Part shown: piece after piece, positions 12,538-23,910 of the stretch
Position numbering within the stretch: the first letter of the stretch is position 1
How the letters are laid out: each line of letters starts with the position of its first letter
Assembly (NCBI GenBank): GCA_022813965.1
Contig: JALDZS010000211.1
Span: 1-38,031, forward strand
Origin: Toensbergia leucococca
Lineage: Eukaryota
DNA: 38,031 bases
Reading direction: 5' to 3'
Made by a program: the position numbers and the translations under genes
The notes under the pieces: generated by a model
The model's database searches: none
Told to the model about the DNA's origin: nothing
The model's input: only the letters and a program-made list of their open reading frames with translations

Positions 12538-13128
12538 CTTATTTGATTGGATCTATTTACACCGTCAAGTGTATTAAATAAGGTGCCTTAGGTAGTGTAC
12601 TACAACTAAGGTCGCAGCCTCATACAGCGAGTCCATTGGTGTAGATACCTAATAATCACACTTCATTAGGTGCTTATTACTTAAGGTAGGTAAGGTAAGG
12701 TAGGTAGATAAGGTACCCTTGAGCCTATCAACCTACCTACCTAGCTCTTGCTTGCTGCAGGGCTAGTAGATTGACCAAGATCTATCCACATCGACATCAA
12801 TAGAACACCAGGTAAATCCCCCTACACTCTACATATCCCATCTCATCCTGCCACGTGGGTATCAAGTCTCAAGCCACACATATGCTTGGTTCGGCCGACA
12901 TGGGCCTTTTCAAGATCCAGGCTTCGCTTAGACGGTGTTCATCTTTCGTGCATTGATTCAAGAACTCACCTGCCACTTTCGATCTCTAACTTTCAAGATA
13001 AGGACCATAAGGTACTCGTCAGACACCAAGTCAAGCGTGAACGCCTTGCAGGACAGTACATCTCCAGTAGTCGCAACTTTCCCCCTTCTCCTCCCACACA
13101 CACCTCCCACCTTTAACCCCACTTCACC

Positions 13129-14137
13129 CTATGCCCAAAAAACACGCCTAATCATCACCTGCACCCACCAAATGCCCAACCCAACCGCCATACCCATTGA
13201 AGCCGCCCGCAGAAGCCTCCCTGCTGCCGCTCTACCCCTCAACCTCGCCCTCTCCCGCATCTTCACGATCCAGTCTCCCCCCTCATTTTCCCTTGGATAA
13301 GGATTACTCGGAACATCTACATCCAAAAAGGTACAAAGCGGGCCCCACCCGTCCGCAAACCCAAACTCCAACACCTTCCTTCCCGACTGGTTCGCCATCG
13401 CACGTATCTCCTCGTAGTGCGCCAGCATGGCCGCTTTCCTGTTGGCTTCAAAGTTGTCTGCAAATAAGCATTGCCAATATTTGCATCTCAGCGGATGCAC
13501 GAGACCGGTGACCCAGTCGAAACGCTGCAGCACGGCGTGGAGCCAGTAGTTCCGTGCTTGGAGGAGGGTGTTTCCGCACGATCGGTGCCAGTCCCCTGCG
13601 TCACGGTTGGTAAGGATGATCTTGGCATCAGGGTACGTAGCCATGAGCTCGCGACCGAAAGCTATCGCTGGTAAGTCACAGACAGACTGTTCAGCAGGCA
13701 TTCAATTAGCCTACGAACGATGGCGCGCCAGGACTGTGTTGCACCTATACCCCGGCCAAAGTTGGAAACAACAACCTACGCTGTAATGACCCAGCAGCTG
13801 GTCCCACTGTCTCTTTCCAAATGAGCCCTTCCCATCGTATTTTGCTTCAAAGGCCTCAAGCCACATGGCACAGTCGCGTGGGTACTCATTCATGGCCGTG
13901 CGCATGTGATAGCATTTTCCAAACCCAAGTTGGTCCAGAGCTTTTTGCATAGCTGTGGCGAGGTCAGCTGGAGAGAATGATGAGGGGTACGATTGTATGG
14001 TGGAGGGGTAGAGCACAAGAAGTTCCGGTGCGAGGATAGCCTAGCACCAGCACTTTCATGGGGACGATCCGGTGTCGTAGATGCGGGTCTTCATTGATGA
14101 TGGGAACCTGGAGGTCTGCGAATTGTTTCCGAGGCAT
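13129..14137 (-). CDS. Cytosolic P-loop sulfotransferase (Sulfotransfer_4-type, PAPS-dependent family)
   Basis: Three exons. MKVLVLGYPRTGTSSMQKALDQLG..CYHM (5'-PSB loop), DLPA..F..ELM..YPDAKIILTNRD..WHRS (3'-PB), and GWGPLCTFLDVDVPSNPYPREN. Short C-terminal hydrophobic tail; no stops. Confidence 0.88.
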
Positions 14138-14432
14138 TGTAAAGCTCACTCCAAGTATCCGGGAAAATGTAGAGTTTTGTTAGCAGGATCATGTCAAAGA
14201 TAAATTTTCTCCTTTTCTTCAGTGGATTTGATGGACCTAAACTCAAAAGATGCCCTCGGTCCTCGACCGGTCAAATCCGATTTCTGCGCTTTCATGGATG
14301 ATGAGACTTCCCGTAGTGAGCTATGCAGAAAGTGCCGGAAGTGTACTAAAGTCGGAACGAATCGCTGTCAGAGTCTATCTGTCTTTCTTTTTTCTTCTTT
14401 CTCGCGCCGTCAACTTTCTCGAGGGCCATGCC

Positions 14433-16265
14433 ATGCTTCGTAGCCGCGGGAAAGAGATGTGTTCTCCGTTCTGGTTCTGGATATTAATCTGGCTTCATGT
14501 CAGCCTGATCCGCCATACTGCGCACGCTTCGGCTCTGCTAACAGTATGTCGCCTCCGTCACAGCCAATTAATCCATTGGTGCCGCTAAGTAACAACTCTC
14601 ATCATAGAGACCAGATCTGAACGCGCCCCAGTTGACCGTGCATGTCAACCGCCTAGAGTCATGCGACGCAGACAAGATATTTCTCACAGATTATCTTACA
14701 GGACACGACGCGCCTCTAATATATGACCTACAAGGAGTTAGTTAAAAACTCTTATGCCCTCATCATCAGGTACTCTGACAGCCTTCCAGAACCTTGTCTG
14801 GGTCGGCGGCAAATGATGGGAGACAGATTGGAATTACCACCCCCATAATCTCCACATAGCCTCTTATCGAGGCTCGCCACATCTCGCCTACAGCACGGTT
14901 GCAGAAAGCGCAGACGGCTTGAACAATACAGATGTGAATGTGATCTTGAACAGCCGTTATGAGATCGTGGCCGGATTGCTCAAGTCGCATGATCTCACGG
15001 AGCTTGACCCGCATGAATTCAGTTTGATTGACAACGGGACAAAGGTCATTCAATTGGGCCGAATCTTACGCCCCTCAGACTGGCCCTATGGCCAGGATGG
15101 CTTTATCGGAGAGGCGGTGTTGCAGCTAGTTGATATAGCTACAGGAGACGTAGAATTTGAGTGGCGCTCTCTGGATCACGTGCCTCCAAACGAGAGCTGT
15201 CTGGACTTTCAACAAGTTGACTATTTGTAAGAGCAATTCGTCATCTTTAGTCACGAAGCTAAAGTCCATGTCAGTCACTTGAATTCCGCCGTGAAAGACT
15301 CCGAGGGTGATTACATCATCAATGGGTTTTTTGTATGCACCATCTATAAGATCAATGGAACAGATGGCTCGATTATCTGGCGGTTGGGAGGCGAAAAGAG
15401 TGATTTTACGATGCTTGATGGATATGAACTGATGCACATGCACCACATCCGTATTCGACCCCTCGACACCATTCGGCTGCCGAAAGGGCTTCGGGCCCAA
15501 GTCACCGACACAACTCATTTGGCACTGTCGATATTTGACAACGCGGTGAACAGCAACACTGGTCCGAGACCATCCGTTGGGTCTTCCGCGGGCATAGTGG
15601 TGCTCTTGGACCTCAAAGCAAGGACGGGACAGGTTGTGGAGCAATATGTGCAGCCCGAGGGTATGTTCGCAGCTTTGTTCGGGAGTATGCAGTTCCTGCC
15701 CAATGGAGATCGCTTTATCGGGTGGGGGGGACAGCGTAGCTTTTCACAGTACACACAACGCAACGAACTTGTCTTTCATGCTGAGCTGGCAGACGCTGCG
15801 ACTCCGACATTCAGTTATCGGGCATTCATAGGATCTTGGGTTGGACTTCCCATGACCAAGCCAGATGTGTTCAGCTACTCTTGGACTTGCGCCTGGAAAA
15901 CGACCATGTACGCCAGCTGGAACGGTGCAACCGAAGTGAGATCATGGAGGTTCTTCGGTGGCGTATCTGCATCAGGTCCTTTCAAGCTGGCCGTGACTGT
16001 TGATAGGGTTGGCTTTGAGACACGAGCCGTGGCTAGTTTCTTTGCCAGCCATGCTTACGTGGAAGGCGTGGGGTGGGACGGTCTTTTACTTGGACGCTCC
16101 GAGATAGTGGCCACACGAGTTCCTCGACCGGGGCCAGGTGGGCGCTGCAACGAATTTCGCTGCCACCAAAATATTAATTGGACGGAAGCAGACTGGTCTC
16201 AAAATTGCCGCTCGGAGACTCTCAACGTATTAGGGATTGTGGCCGTCCAGGCTGTTTTAGAATAG
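14433..16265 (+). CDS. Arylsulfate sulfotransferase (ASST, Arylsulfotran_2-type), secreted-type; in-frame TGA, so possibly a pseudogene
   Basis: Introns 14544-14607, 14737-14789 and 15227-15274. Hydrophobic N-terminus (FWFWILIWLHVSLI), RPDLNAP, PLIYD..GNLVW, DPHEF, EFEWRSLDHV, DYFHLNSAVKD..GDYII, IIWRLGG..SDF, MHHIR, SIFDNA, GSMQFLPNG..FIGWG, SYRA and YASWNGATEV. TGA at 14814-14816 in exon 3. Confidence 0.88.
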
Positions 16266-17642
16266 AATGAGAGTGACATATCAAGCAAGCTATCTAGATC
16301 CGCCCTACATTAATCCCATTGCACGTAGCCATGATGGATAATGCAATGTGTTCGGGTTGAGAAAGAGTAGTATGAAGCGTGCCAGGAACTGAGGAGAGTG
16401 CTCATGATGTGAGGCTAAGGGCTTTTAGTAGTGGTCCTAGCATGGACCGGAAATGAGTAGAATTACCTAGTTCTTGGCTTGCTGGGTAAAATAAATTGGT
16501 CTGATGGAACTGATGGTGTTGGCGAGATCAACACTGTCAAGTGTCGGTATAGCTGCCTCAATAGTCATGAGGTTCCAATCAAATTTCTCTGAAATCAACA
16601 TGACAATCCATGCAATGACAGCGAAGTTTAAGCCGGAGATTGCGTTCAGGAAATCGACATCGAACACAAGCTAACAAGCGGCGTGATCTCTGTTCTCAAT
16701 TTCTTGACACGTCTACTATAATTCTCTTTGGTCAGTCCATCAAATCCTTACCCTCACCAACGCCGTTCAACACTGCTGAATTCATGAAGGTATTTGGATA
16801 TTCCTTCCTGAGCCCGATGCTTTGATTTATTGCTGAACCCCTCAAGTTCCTCTTTGTGTTTCGCCAGACATAAGGAAATGCTTATACCAAGAGGGACGAC
16901 CTTTGTGGAAGCGAAGAGGCAGTATGAGCCTTTCCTCTTTCCTCTTTCCTCGGTGGAATGCGAATGTGCTCAGTCCGAATTCAGGTCTCGAGGCAACAAT
17001 TCTATGTACGATCTATTTTGTGAGATTGGCACAGGATTTTCGGTCAGCAGAGGACAGGGACGAGTTGTTGGATACATGGAAGAGATTAAGATTACGGTCG
17101 AAAGCGGAAATGACATCAAACAAAGAGGGTCAAGGGAATAGGTACCTAGGTTGTGATGTTGAGACTCGGAGCACGAAGCGACATACCCAGCCCTAGGAAG
17201 TAGGTAGGGTGAAATATATCAAATCCACTGAGAAGTAAGAATAGGGTTAGTGGGATTATAGTTTGTTCCCAACAGAGTTGATATTAAGCATTAAGATTAG
17301 ACTAGGATTAAATACCTAGTCTCGGCCCGAGGCAGAGCACGTTTATCCGTATCTTATCTTGTAATACACTCCCTATCTTACGTCACAAACGGTCGCGCTA
17401 GACCATCTTCTACATAGCCCTCCTGACTTGGCGCGTGTTCCCCTATCACAGCTATCATCCCCCCACAAACCCAGTCATCCTGTCAACTTTAGTCAACGGC
17501 AAACCGTTTGACTGCCGCAACAACTAAAGTCAAGTCGCATCACACGGCGAATCATGAGCAACTGACAAGGAAACCATGCGGCCCCCCTTGATAGCCGGAT
17601 GAGCCACCAATCCAGTCCATTTAAAGCATCCTGTGCCGCACC

Positions 17643-19565
17643 ATGCCTCAACCATGTCCCGACCCGCGTCCGTTGAAGCTTCACTCCTCGCCATTGCTAG
17701 CAGCATCGACTACATCCCGAGTCCGAGAGAGCTTCATGTTTCAAGATGCGCCATTTCAAGATGCGCCGTCACGCCGGGGTCGAGAGATCTTGTTGATGAG
17801 TCTCGTGCTCACCTTGGCCAACCTTGCCTTGTCCATCTCCAGAGCCTCCCGCGTCTATCTCTTTGAACAGGCTCAGTGTCTCCTCTACTATCAGTCCAAC
17901 GACCCAACGCAAATCTCCTCGCAACATGGCGTTGATGAGAGCCTGTGCAAATTAGATGATGTTCAGTATCCACTCTCAATTGTCGTTGGTATCGATTCGT
18001 GTCTGGCCCTACTTCCAGGTAAATCAAATATACCACCATTATTCTTCTCTTTCATCCTTGTTGATTTTACCTTGACCATCATGAACTCGACGTCTTGATT
18101 GAACTTATCGTGACAACGACCTTTTCTAATTTACATCCAGGCCTCCTGATCCTTGCAATATACAGACAACTCTTGCCAAGTATGGGCTTGAGGTACCTAG
18201 TCAATTTGAATCTCTCGTGTTCTGCTCTTGGTGTGCTCTTCTCTACAATAGTGTGTGAGTGTTTTGTTTCTCTCAACTCATCAATTGATCAGGTTGCCAT
18301 CATACTGAACTTTCAAACCTGCAGTCTGGACTCATCGACCCTGGTCCATTTATGCCGCCCCTTTGTCCTTTGTCTTTGATTTGATCGGGGGCGGCGAAGT
18401 AGTGCGGATAACGATAATCAGCACATGTATCGCGGAGTTATCACCATCTGATGAGCTGTATGTTGACGTACTTGTTCCTTCTTCACAAAAGCCATCTCTA
18501 GTGTCTTTCTGTCTCATGGAATGCTCACGGACTCTAGGACCAAAATCTACAATTACATTAGTGGAACCTACAACTTAGCCATCGTCGGCGGAACGGCACT
18601 GGGGACTCTACTTCTGAGTAATCATGTTTGGATTCTCAACGCCCTCTCCATCGTATGCTACGCCGTTACAATGCTGGTCGCCGTATGTATCCCAAGCCAT
18701 TGCGGGCGAGAGACAAAGGTCGCCGAGGATGTAGTGCCTTTTTTACTTCCTCTTGATGAACCTGAACTACCTTCCTCGTCAATTAAGCTCCCAGACCCTT
18801 CTCGTTCGACTCATAGCCAGGTAAATACTTTCTACAATGCTCCTGAAAGTGACGTCTCTAAATCCCCACTAGCCGACCCTCTTCCGTATCCTCCTCGACA
18901 CATGGTACGCCTCGTATCACTCCCTCCTGACCCTCGTCAAAGCCCCCAACCCAACCCTCACGGTTATATTAGTGTTTCTCGTCTACTCTCTTGCATTCAA
19001 CATTCAAGTTCTCTTGCCTCAATATACCTCTCTAGTCCTAGATTGGCCATTTGCTACCGTCAATGGCGTCCTCGCTTTGAAAGCCCTCGTTTCCTCGTTT
19101 CTTCTATTCGCACTCCCATCATTTCGAATCTTCTTCTTAGAACCCACAATGAGTACTGCTCAAATCGACCTTCTAATCTCGCAAGGATCACTACTCGCAA
19201 GTGTGGTCGGGATGGTAGGACTCGGATTCTCCAAGTCTACAGGAACGTTTATAACATCACTCTGCATTTTCACAGCTAGCGTCGGGTTTGGAGATTCATT
19301 GTGCTCGTACGGTACATATAGCTTGCCGAAGGGAGAAAGCCTCGGAAACTACTATGTGCGGCTCGGGCTGATACAGACCATCGCCGGTTTGGTTGGTGCG
19401 CCGTTGTTGTCGGGAATATTCAGTCTGGTACTGAAGAGTGAGGTTCTACCGATTGGGTTACCGTTCTGGCTATGTGCTGCGGTTTTTGGATTAGGGGTGC
19501 TTGGGACTGGTGCCTTAAAGAGATGGCATGAGATTGGCGTTAGAGGTGGCGCTAGTATGGATTAA
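17643..19565 (+). CDS. MFS transporter (SLC46/UstT-like fungal efflux type)
   Basis: Five exons reconstructed in frame. Luminal-loop motif LFEQAQCLLYY...DESLCKLDDVQ, FDLIGGG, RTKIYNY, and many TM segments, ending GLPFWLCAAVF. Confidence 0.85.
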
Positions 19566-20466
19566 ATTGATTAGAATAGAAATCCAACGGGTTTTTCCTT
19601 CAACTGACGATATATCTGATGGATGACGGTAGGTTCGACCTTGATCCATCATCCATCAAGCAGCTACGCAAGAGTAAGCTGGAATATTCATCAGATTGAC
19701 AGTCAGTCTTTTTGAACGGGAAAACAACGCCTGTGGAGTCTCCAAATGTTTCAGGATATCAGAACTTGTACAACTATGTATTTCGATTATCTGTACAATT
19801 GTGCCAGCTACGAGAGGCATGACACTTCCACAACCGCAGACTGCCTTCATCGCCAGAAGAAGCTTATTGAGATCTATCAACCATCGCAATGGAATCATTG
19901 GCATCAAGGTCTAAAGTATTGTGTCATTGCATGGTTAACTTTCATCTATTGACTCCGTCGCTTCTTACCTGATCAACATTCAGCTCGTGAACGCAAGACT
20001 AAGCGACCAACAGTTCCATCTGCTTTCCAAGATACTCGGCCAATCCAATCTACTCTCTCTGTATCTTGGAAGATCTGCCGTCGTGGCTCGGCTTGAGTAT
20101 GCAAAGAATTTGAATATACGAATATACAAATTTGGGATTGAATGATCAACAAATCGCACACGAGGCATGGTGCATGATGATGAACTTTGTTATACACATC
20201 GACAAGTGGCGGATGACACATCGGACAAGGCTAGTATTGACCATGATAATCGCAGCTAGCCTGAGTAAGTACCGAGATATCGATACATTTAAGAAAGCAT
20301 AGAGTGAAGGACTAAAGGGGGTTAGTCCAACCTGATCCTATTGGAGGTTTATTGCAGTCACATCTAGGTGACAAGCCTGGTTGTTCTAGCCTGTCCGTAA
20401 GATTCTGATGACTTTGAGATGTTAGATCTCAGGTAGGGACCAGGAGAACCAAGCCAACAATCCAGA

Positions 20467-21182
20467 CTACAGCGTCAGGTGACCTTTGTCCCAATAGAAC
20501 AAGCTTGGGTCGCTGTTCGTTGTGGCTGGAATGCGATTCGGAACCTTGGTCACCCACGCTTGAGATTCAGTCTCTCTGATCTGTACCTCTGGCGCCACGC
20601 ACCGAACAAATGACAAGATGGCCATTCGAGGGTTATAGCAGTCCTCGTTATACCCTTTCCAACTAATATCATCAAGGACTATTGTTACCATGGAGGTTGA
20701 GCATTCGCCAGCAGAGAACAGCTTCATGCAAAATATCAATAGCAACGTGCGAAGTATCAACGTAGAAGAAATGGAGCTGGGCGCCCTCCCGTCGGAGAGA
20801 CAATAAAGCGTCCTCATCACTCGCAGCCTTCAACACCCGGACTTTCTTCACCTACTCGCACTTGGAAACGTTGGACCAAAAGCGGCTTTCGAGCGAAGCG
20901 AGTTCATACTTGTCGGCAGGGCCATCTCGATGCTTCATGCCGCTAGCAAAGGTGTCGATGACAGTCATGCTTGATTTTGGGTGGCTCATGAGATTGTCAA
21001 GCATCCACGTAGCGGAGGGTTAGTTGAAAGTACCGATTTCTAGGATGCGTAGCTTTCTCTCGCGAAGGTCCTAGGTAAGCTCTGCCCAGTCGAAGAGGAT
21101 CATATTGAACCAAGCATTTTGGAAGGCGGATCTGATTTGAAGCTTGAGGAGTAGGCTCGACGATTGAGATGGAAGCCATCAT
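20467..21182 (-). pseudogene. Class I SAM-dependent methyltransferase pseudogene (Methyltransf_24-like)
   Basis: Read across stops and frameshifts: WFNMI..DWAELT*DLRERKLRILEIGTFN*PSATWMLDNLMSHPKSSMTVIDTF...LHFFYVDTSHVAIDILHEAVLCWRML / IVLDDISWKGYNEDCYNPRMAI. Motif I (ILEIG), the DxSH motif and the post-II DD are recognisable. At least three stops and two frameshifts. Confidence 0.8.
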
Positions 21183-21801
21183 GCTACTGGTCTTCCGTAG
21201 CTGAAAGGGTTCCTTTGGAGACTCGAGTCCGGACGATGAAATAAGAAGCTGATTAAAGTCAAGATAAGCAGGTTTAAGGCATGAGGTGATACATGGAAGA
21301 TCTATGTGACAGGGGCAAGCAACGTAAGCATCTCCACAGAAGAAAATGGGACTCTGCTTAGCCAATTACTTCGTGATATTCAAGTAAGCTAGATTTTTTA
21401 CACAGACATATTGGAGAAAAGTTCATCATCTGATCCATGATCTGGGCAATTCACATTCTACAAGATGCAGTCAGTGCAGATCGAATTGCACAAGCTTCAT
21501 GCAGCATGCAGGTTGACGATGCTACTAGATTGCTAGGTATCCTGCATCACTACCTACCTAGCACGCCCCTGCTAGTTACACCACTTCAACTTCAGCGACC
21601 ATCTCCGACTTCTTCGTCCCATACTATCATTCTTGGAGGTCAACGAGGTGCTCTAGCAAAGACTTCAGACCATAATCGAATACAAAGTTACCTTGGCCTG
21701 GTTCTTAGCATTTCTCGTTTTTGTTTGGTCTTGCATTCGTCGACTTGTGTCGACTAAAGACTTTCCCTCAATGCCTTTGTAAAAGAAACCCGATATCCAT
21801 C

Positions 21802-23910
21802 ATGAATCGTATAGAATACAAAACTCTCCCGGCCAATCGGTTCCCTTGGAAGCGCATCCCATCATCTTCAAATGGTCCAACGTCATCGCCTGGAGTCTGT
21901 GGTCATTCTATATAACATATCAACTCAATTTCGCCCGCTCAGTACAACATGAGACCGCACATCTCCTGTGGCGAATGTGGATTATTTTGATTGCGGAAGT
22001 GTGCTTGTCCTTTCCAGAGCTTGTCCTCGCTGCCAACACCATCTTTGGTCTATTTTGCGCAACAGAAGCTCGTGTCCGCCAGTGCTATCGACTGCTCGGT
22101 CAATCTGCCCCCACAGTGGACGTTTTCATTACAAGCTGCGGCGAGCCCGTTGACGTTGTCATCGACACGGTAGCAACGACAGTGGCACAAGATTATCCAT
22201 CCGACAGATTTCGCGTTTTGGTTCTTGACGACGGTCACGACGAAGAGCTGCAAGATGCTGTGAAGAGACTTGGAAAGAGGTCAGCTGAGGAGAGTGGTCC
22301 TCCAGTCTTATATTTTTGTAGGAAAATAAAGCCAGGCGTCAGGTCGTATTTCAAAGCTGGAAACCTTCAGTTTGGACTCGAAGAGAGCAGTCGATTGGGG
22401 GGCTCAGAATATGTCGCCTCTCTCGATGCCGACATGATGCCAGAGCCTGACTGGCTGAGGAGAATGGTACCTCATCTGATCCTACAGGATGACTTGGCCC
22501 TAGCCACCCCTCCTCAGGTATCCACGCGCTTCAGATCTCCCTTTGAGATACACACAAACAGCTGATCCAAAGCTCAGAGCTACTACAACGTCCCCGACGG
22601 CGATCCACTAGGCCAGCAAGCCGATTTAGACATTTTATTCTCCATCCACGAACCATTGAACGACCGCTTAGACGGCGCAATGTGCACCGGCACCGGCTTC
22701 ATCGTCCGACGAAGCGCTCTTGCCGACATTGGAGGCTGGCCCCTCGTGGATGCGGGCGAAGACTTCATGTGCTCGGCTCTATTGTGCAATGCGGGTTGGA
22801 AAGTGGCCTTTGTGCGGGAAGACTTGCAGTTTGGACTGGCGCCGTCGTCGCTGCGTGCACAGGTCAAGCAGCGAATGCGTTGGGTAAATGATACACACAT
22901 ACATCCCTATCATCCAGCACGAACTACCACCCAATCCGGGGGTGGTTGCTGATTGAGATCTTTAAACAGACCGACAGCGGCATCGAGGTCCACAAGCAAT
23001 TCGGCTTCTATCTGCCTGGATCAAAGGCTAGCATCAAGATGACTTGGGGTCAAAGGGGAGTAAACATGCTATGGGTACTAAGAGATTACGCTCCCGTCAC
23101 AAATTGCCTAGCTCTGATCCTGTTGCCCCTGGCCATGTATCCCACGTCCTCGGACGACTTCACCGCCATTGCAGCGGAACACGATCGCTTCCGGCTGCGC
23201 GGCATCTTTCTCGCGGCATATGTGGCACAGAAAATTAACAACTACCTTGTATATAAGCACGTCGGACTGCGGCGGCTGGCCAATTATCAAAGCATAGATG
23301 TATGGTGCGCACCTTGTAAGCCAATATCTTCTTTTCTACCTCCTCAAAACCAATCTCAATCTTCTTTGCTCCGAGAAATGGCAACCACAACTGACACACC
23401 CCCCCCCCCCCCCCAAAAATACCAGACATGGCAGCCCGTTGCCTCCTCTCTCTTTTCCCCACATTCACACCTCCAACCTTCCTCCCAAGCGGCACCATCC
23501 CCTGCCCCACAAACGAGCGCTCCCGTCTCCACCGCAAACTTCTACTCCAGCGAATCCTAACCCCCTCCCTCCTCTTCTACCCCCTCTACATCACCTACGC
23601 CTCCCTTCCCCTCATCCTCCGCTTTCTCACCTACATGAACAAGCCTAGCAATGACTCCATCTTACCCTTCCCCGGGCCCCTCTTGGCTCTAATATCTGCC
23701 ATCACCAAGGCTGCGGTGCCGGTGGTCTACATGACTTTTCCGCCCACGGTGCCCGAGAGAGAAGACTTAGTCGTAGGCGATGAGAAGGGGGTGAGAAGGC
23801 CGAGGAAGAGGGTTGGGGTTGGGAAGTTGGGGAAGCAGGAGGGGAGAGGGTTGGGATGGGAGGATCTTTGGGCGGTGGGCATCGGATTGGCGGTTGGGGT
23901 TTGGGTTTGA
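21802..23910 (+). CDS. Cellulose-synthase-like processive glycosyltransferase family 2 (membrane-bound); probable 1-nt frameshift near the 5' end
   Basis: Introns 22518-22578, 22884-22969 and 23316-23425. Motifs TVDVFITSCGEP, VLDDG, KAGNL, LDAD, PPQ, CTGTG..RRSAL..GGWP, GED and QRMRW (D,D,D,QxxRW), with N- and C-terminal TM helices. ATG 21802 is out of frame with the main ORF; the first in-frame ATG is ~21975. Confidence 0.9.
23399..23414. repeat. Poly(C)16 tract in GT2 intron 3
   Basis: Direct reading; it lies between the CTGAC branch site and the CAG acceptor. Confidence 0.9.

Noticed and set aside
14814..14816. Selenocysteine TGA in the ASST
   Set aside because: Ascomycetes are not known to have Sec machinery, and the position is not a catalytic Cys-equivalent.
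16467..17196. Short ORFs between the ASST and MFS genes
   Set aside because: Possibly a gene relic, but I recognise no family.
3650..19565. Ustiloxin/dikaritin-type RiPP cluster (tyrosinase + UstT-like MFS)
   Set aside because: No DUF3328 protein and no signal-peptide precursor with KR-separated repeats. The tyrosinase is a cytosolic MelO-like type.
19656..20221. Short overlapping ORFs downstream of the MFS
   Set aside because: Stop-rich in all frames, with no motif.
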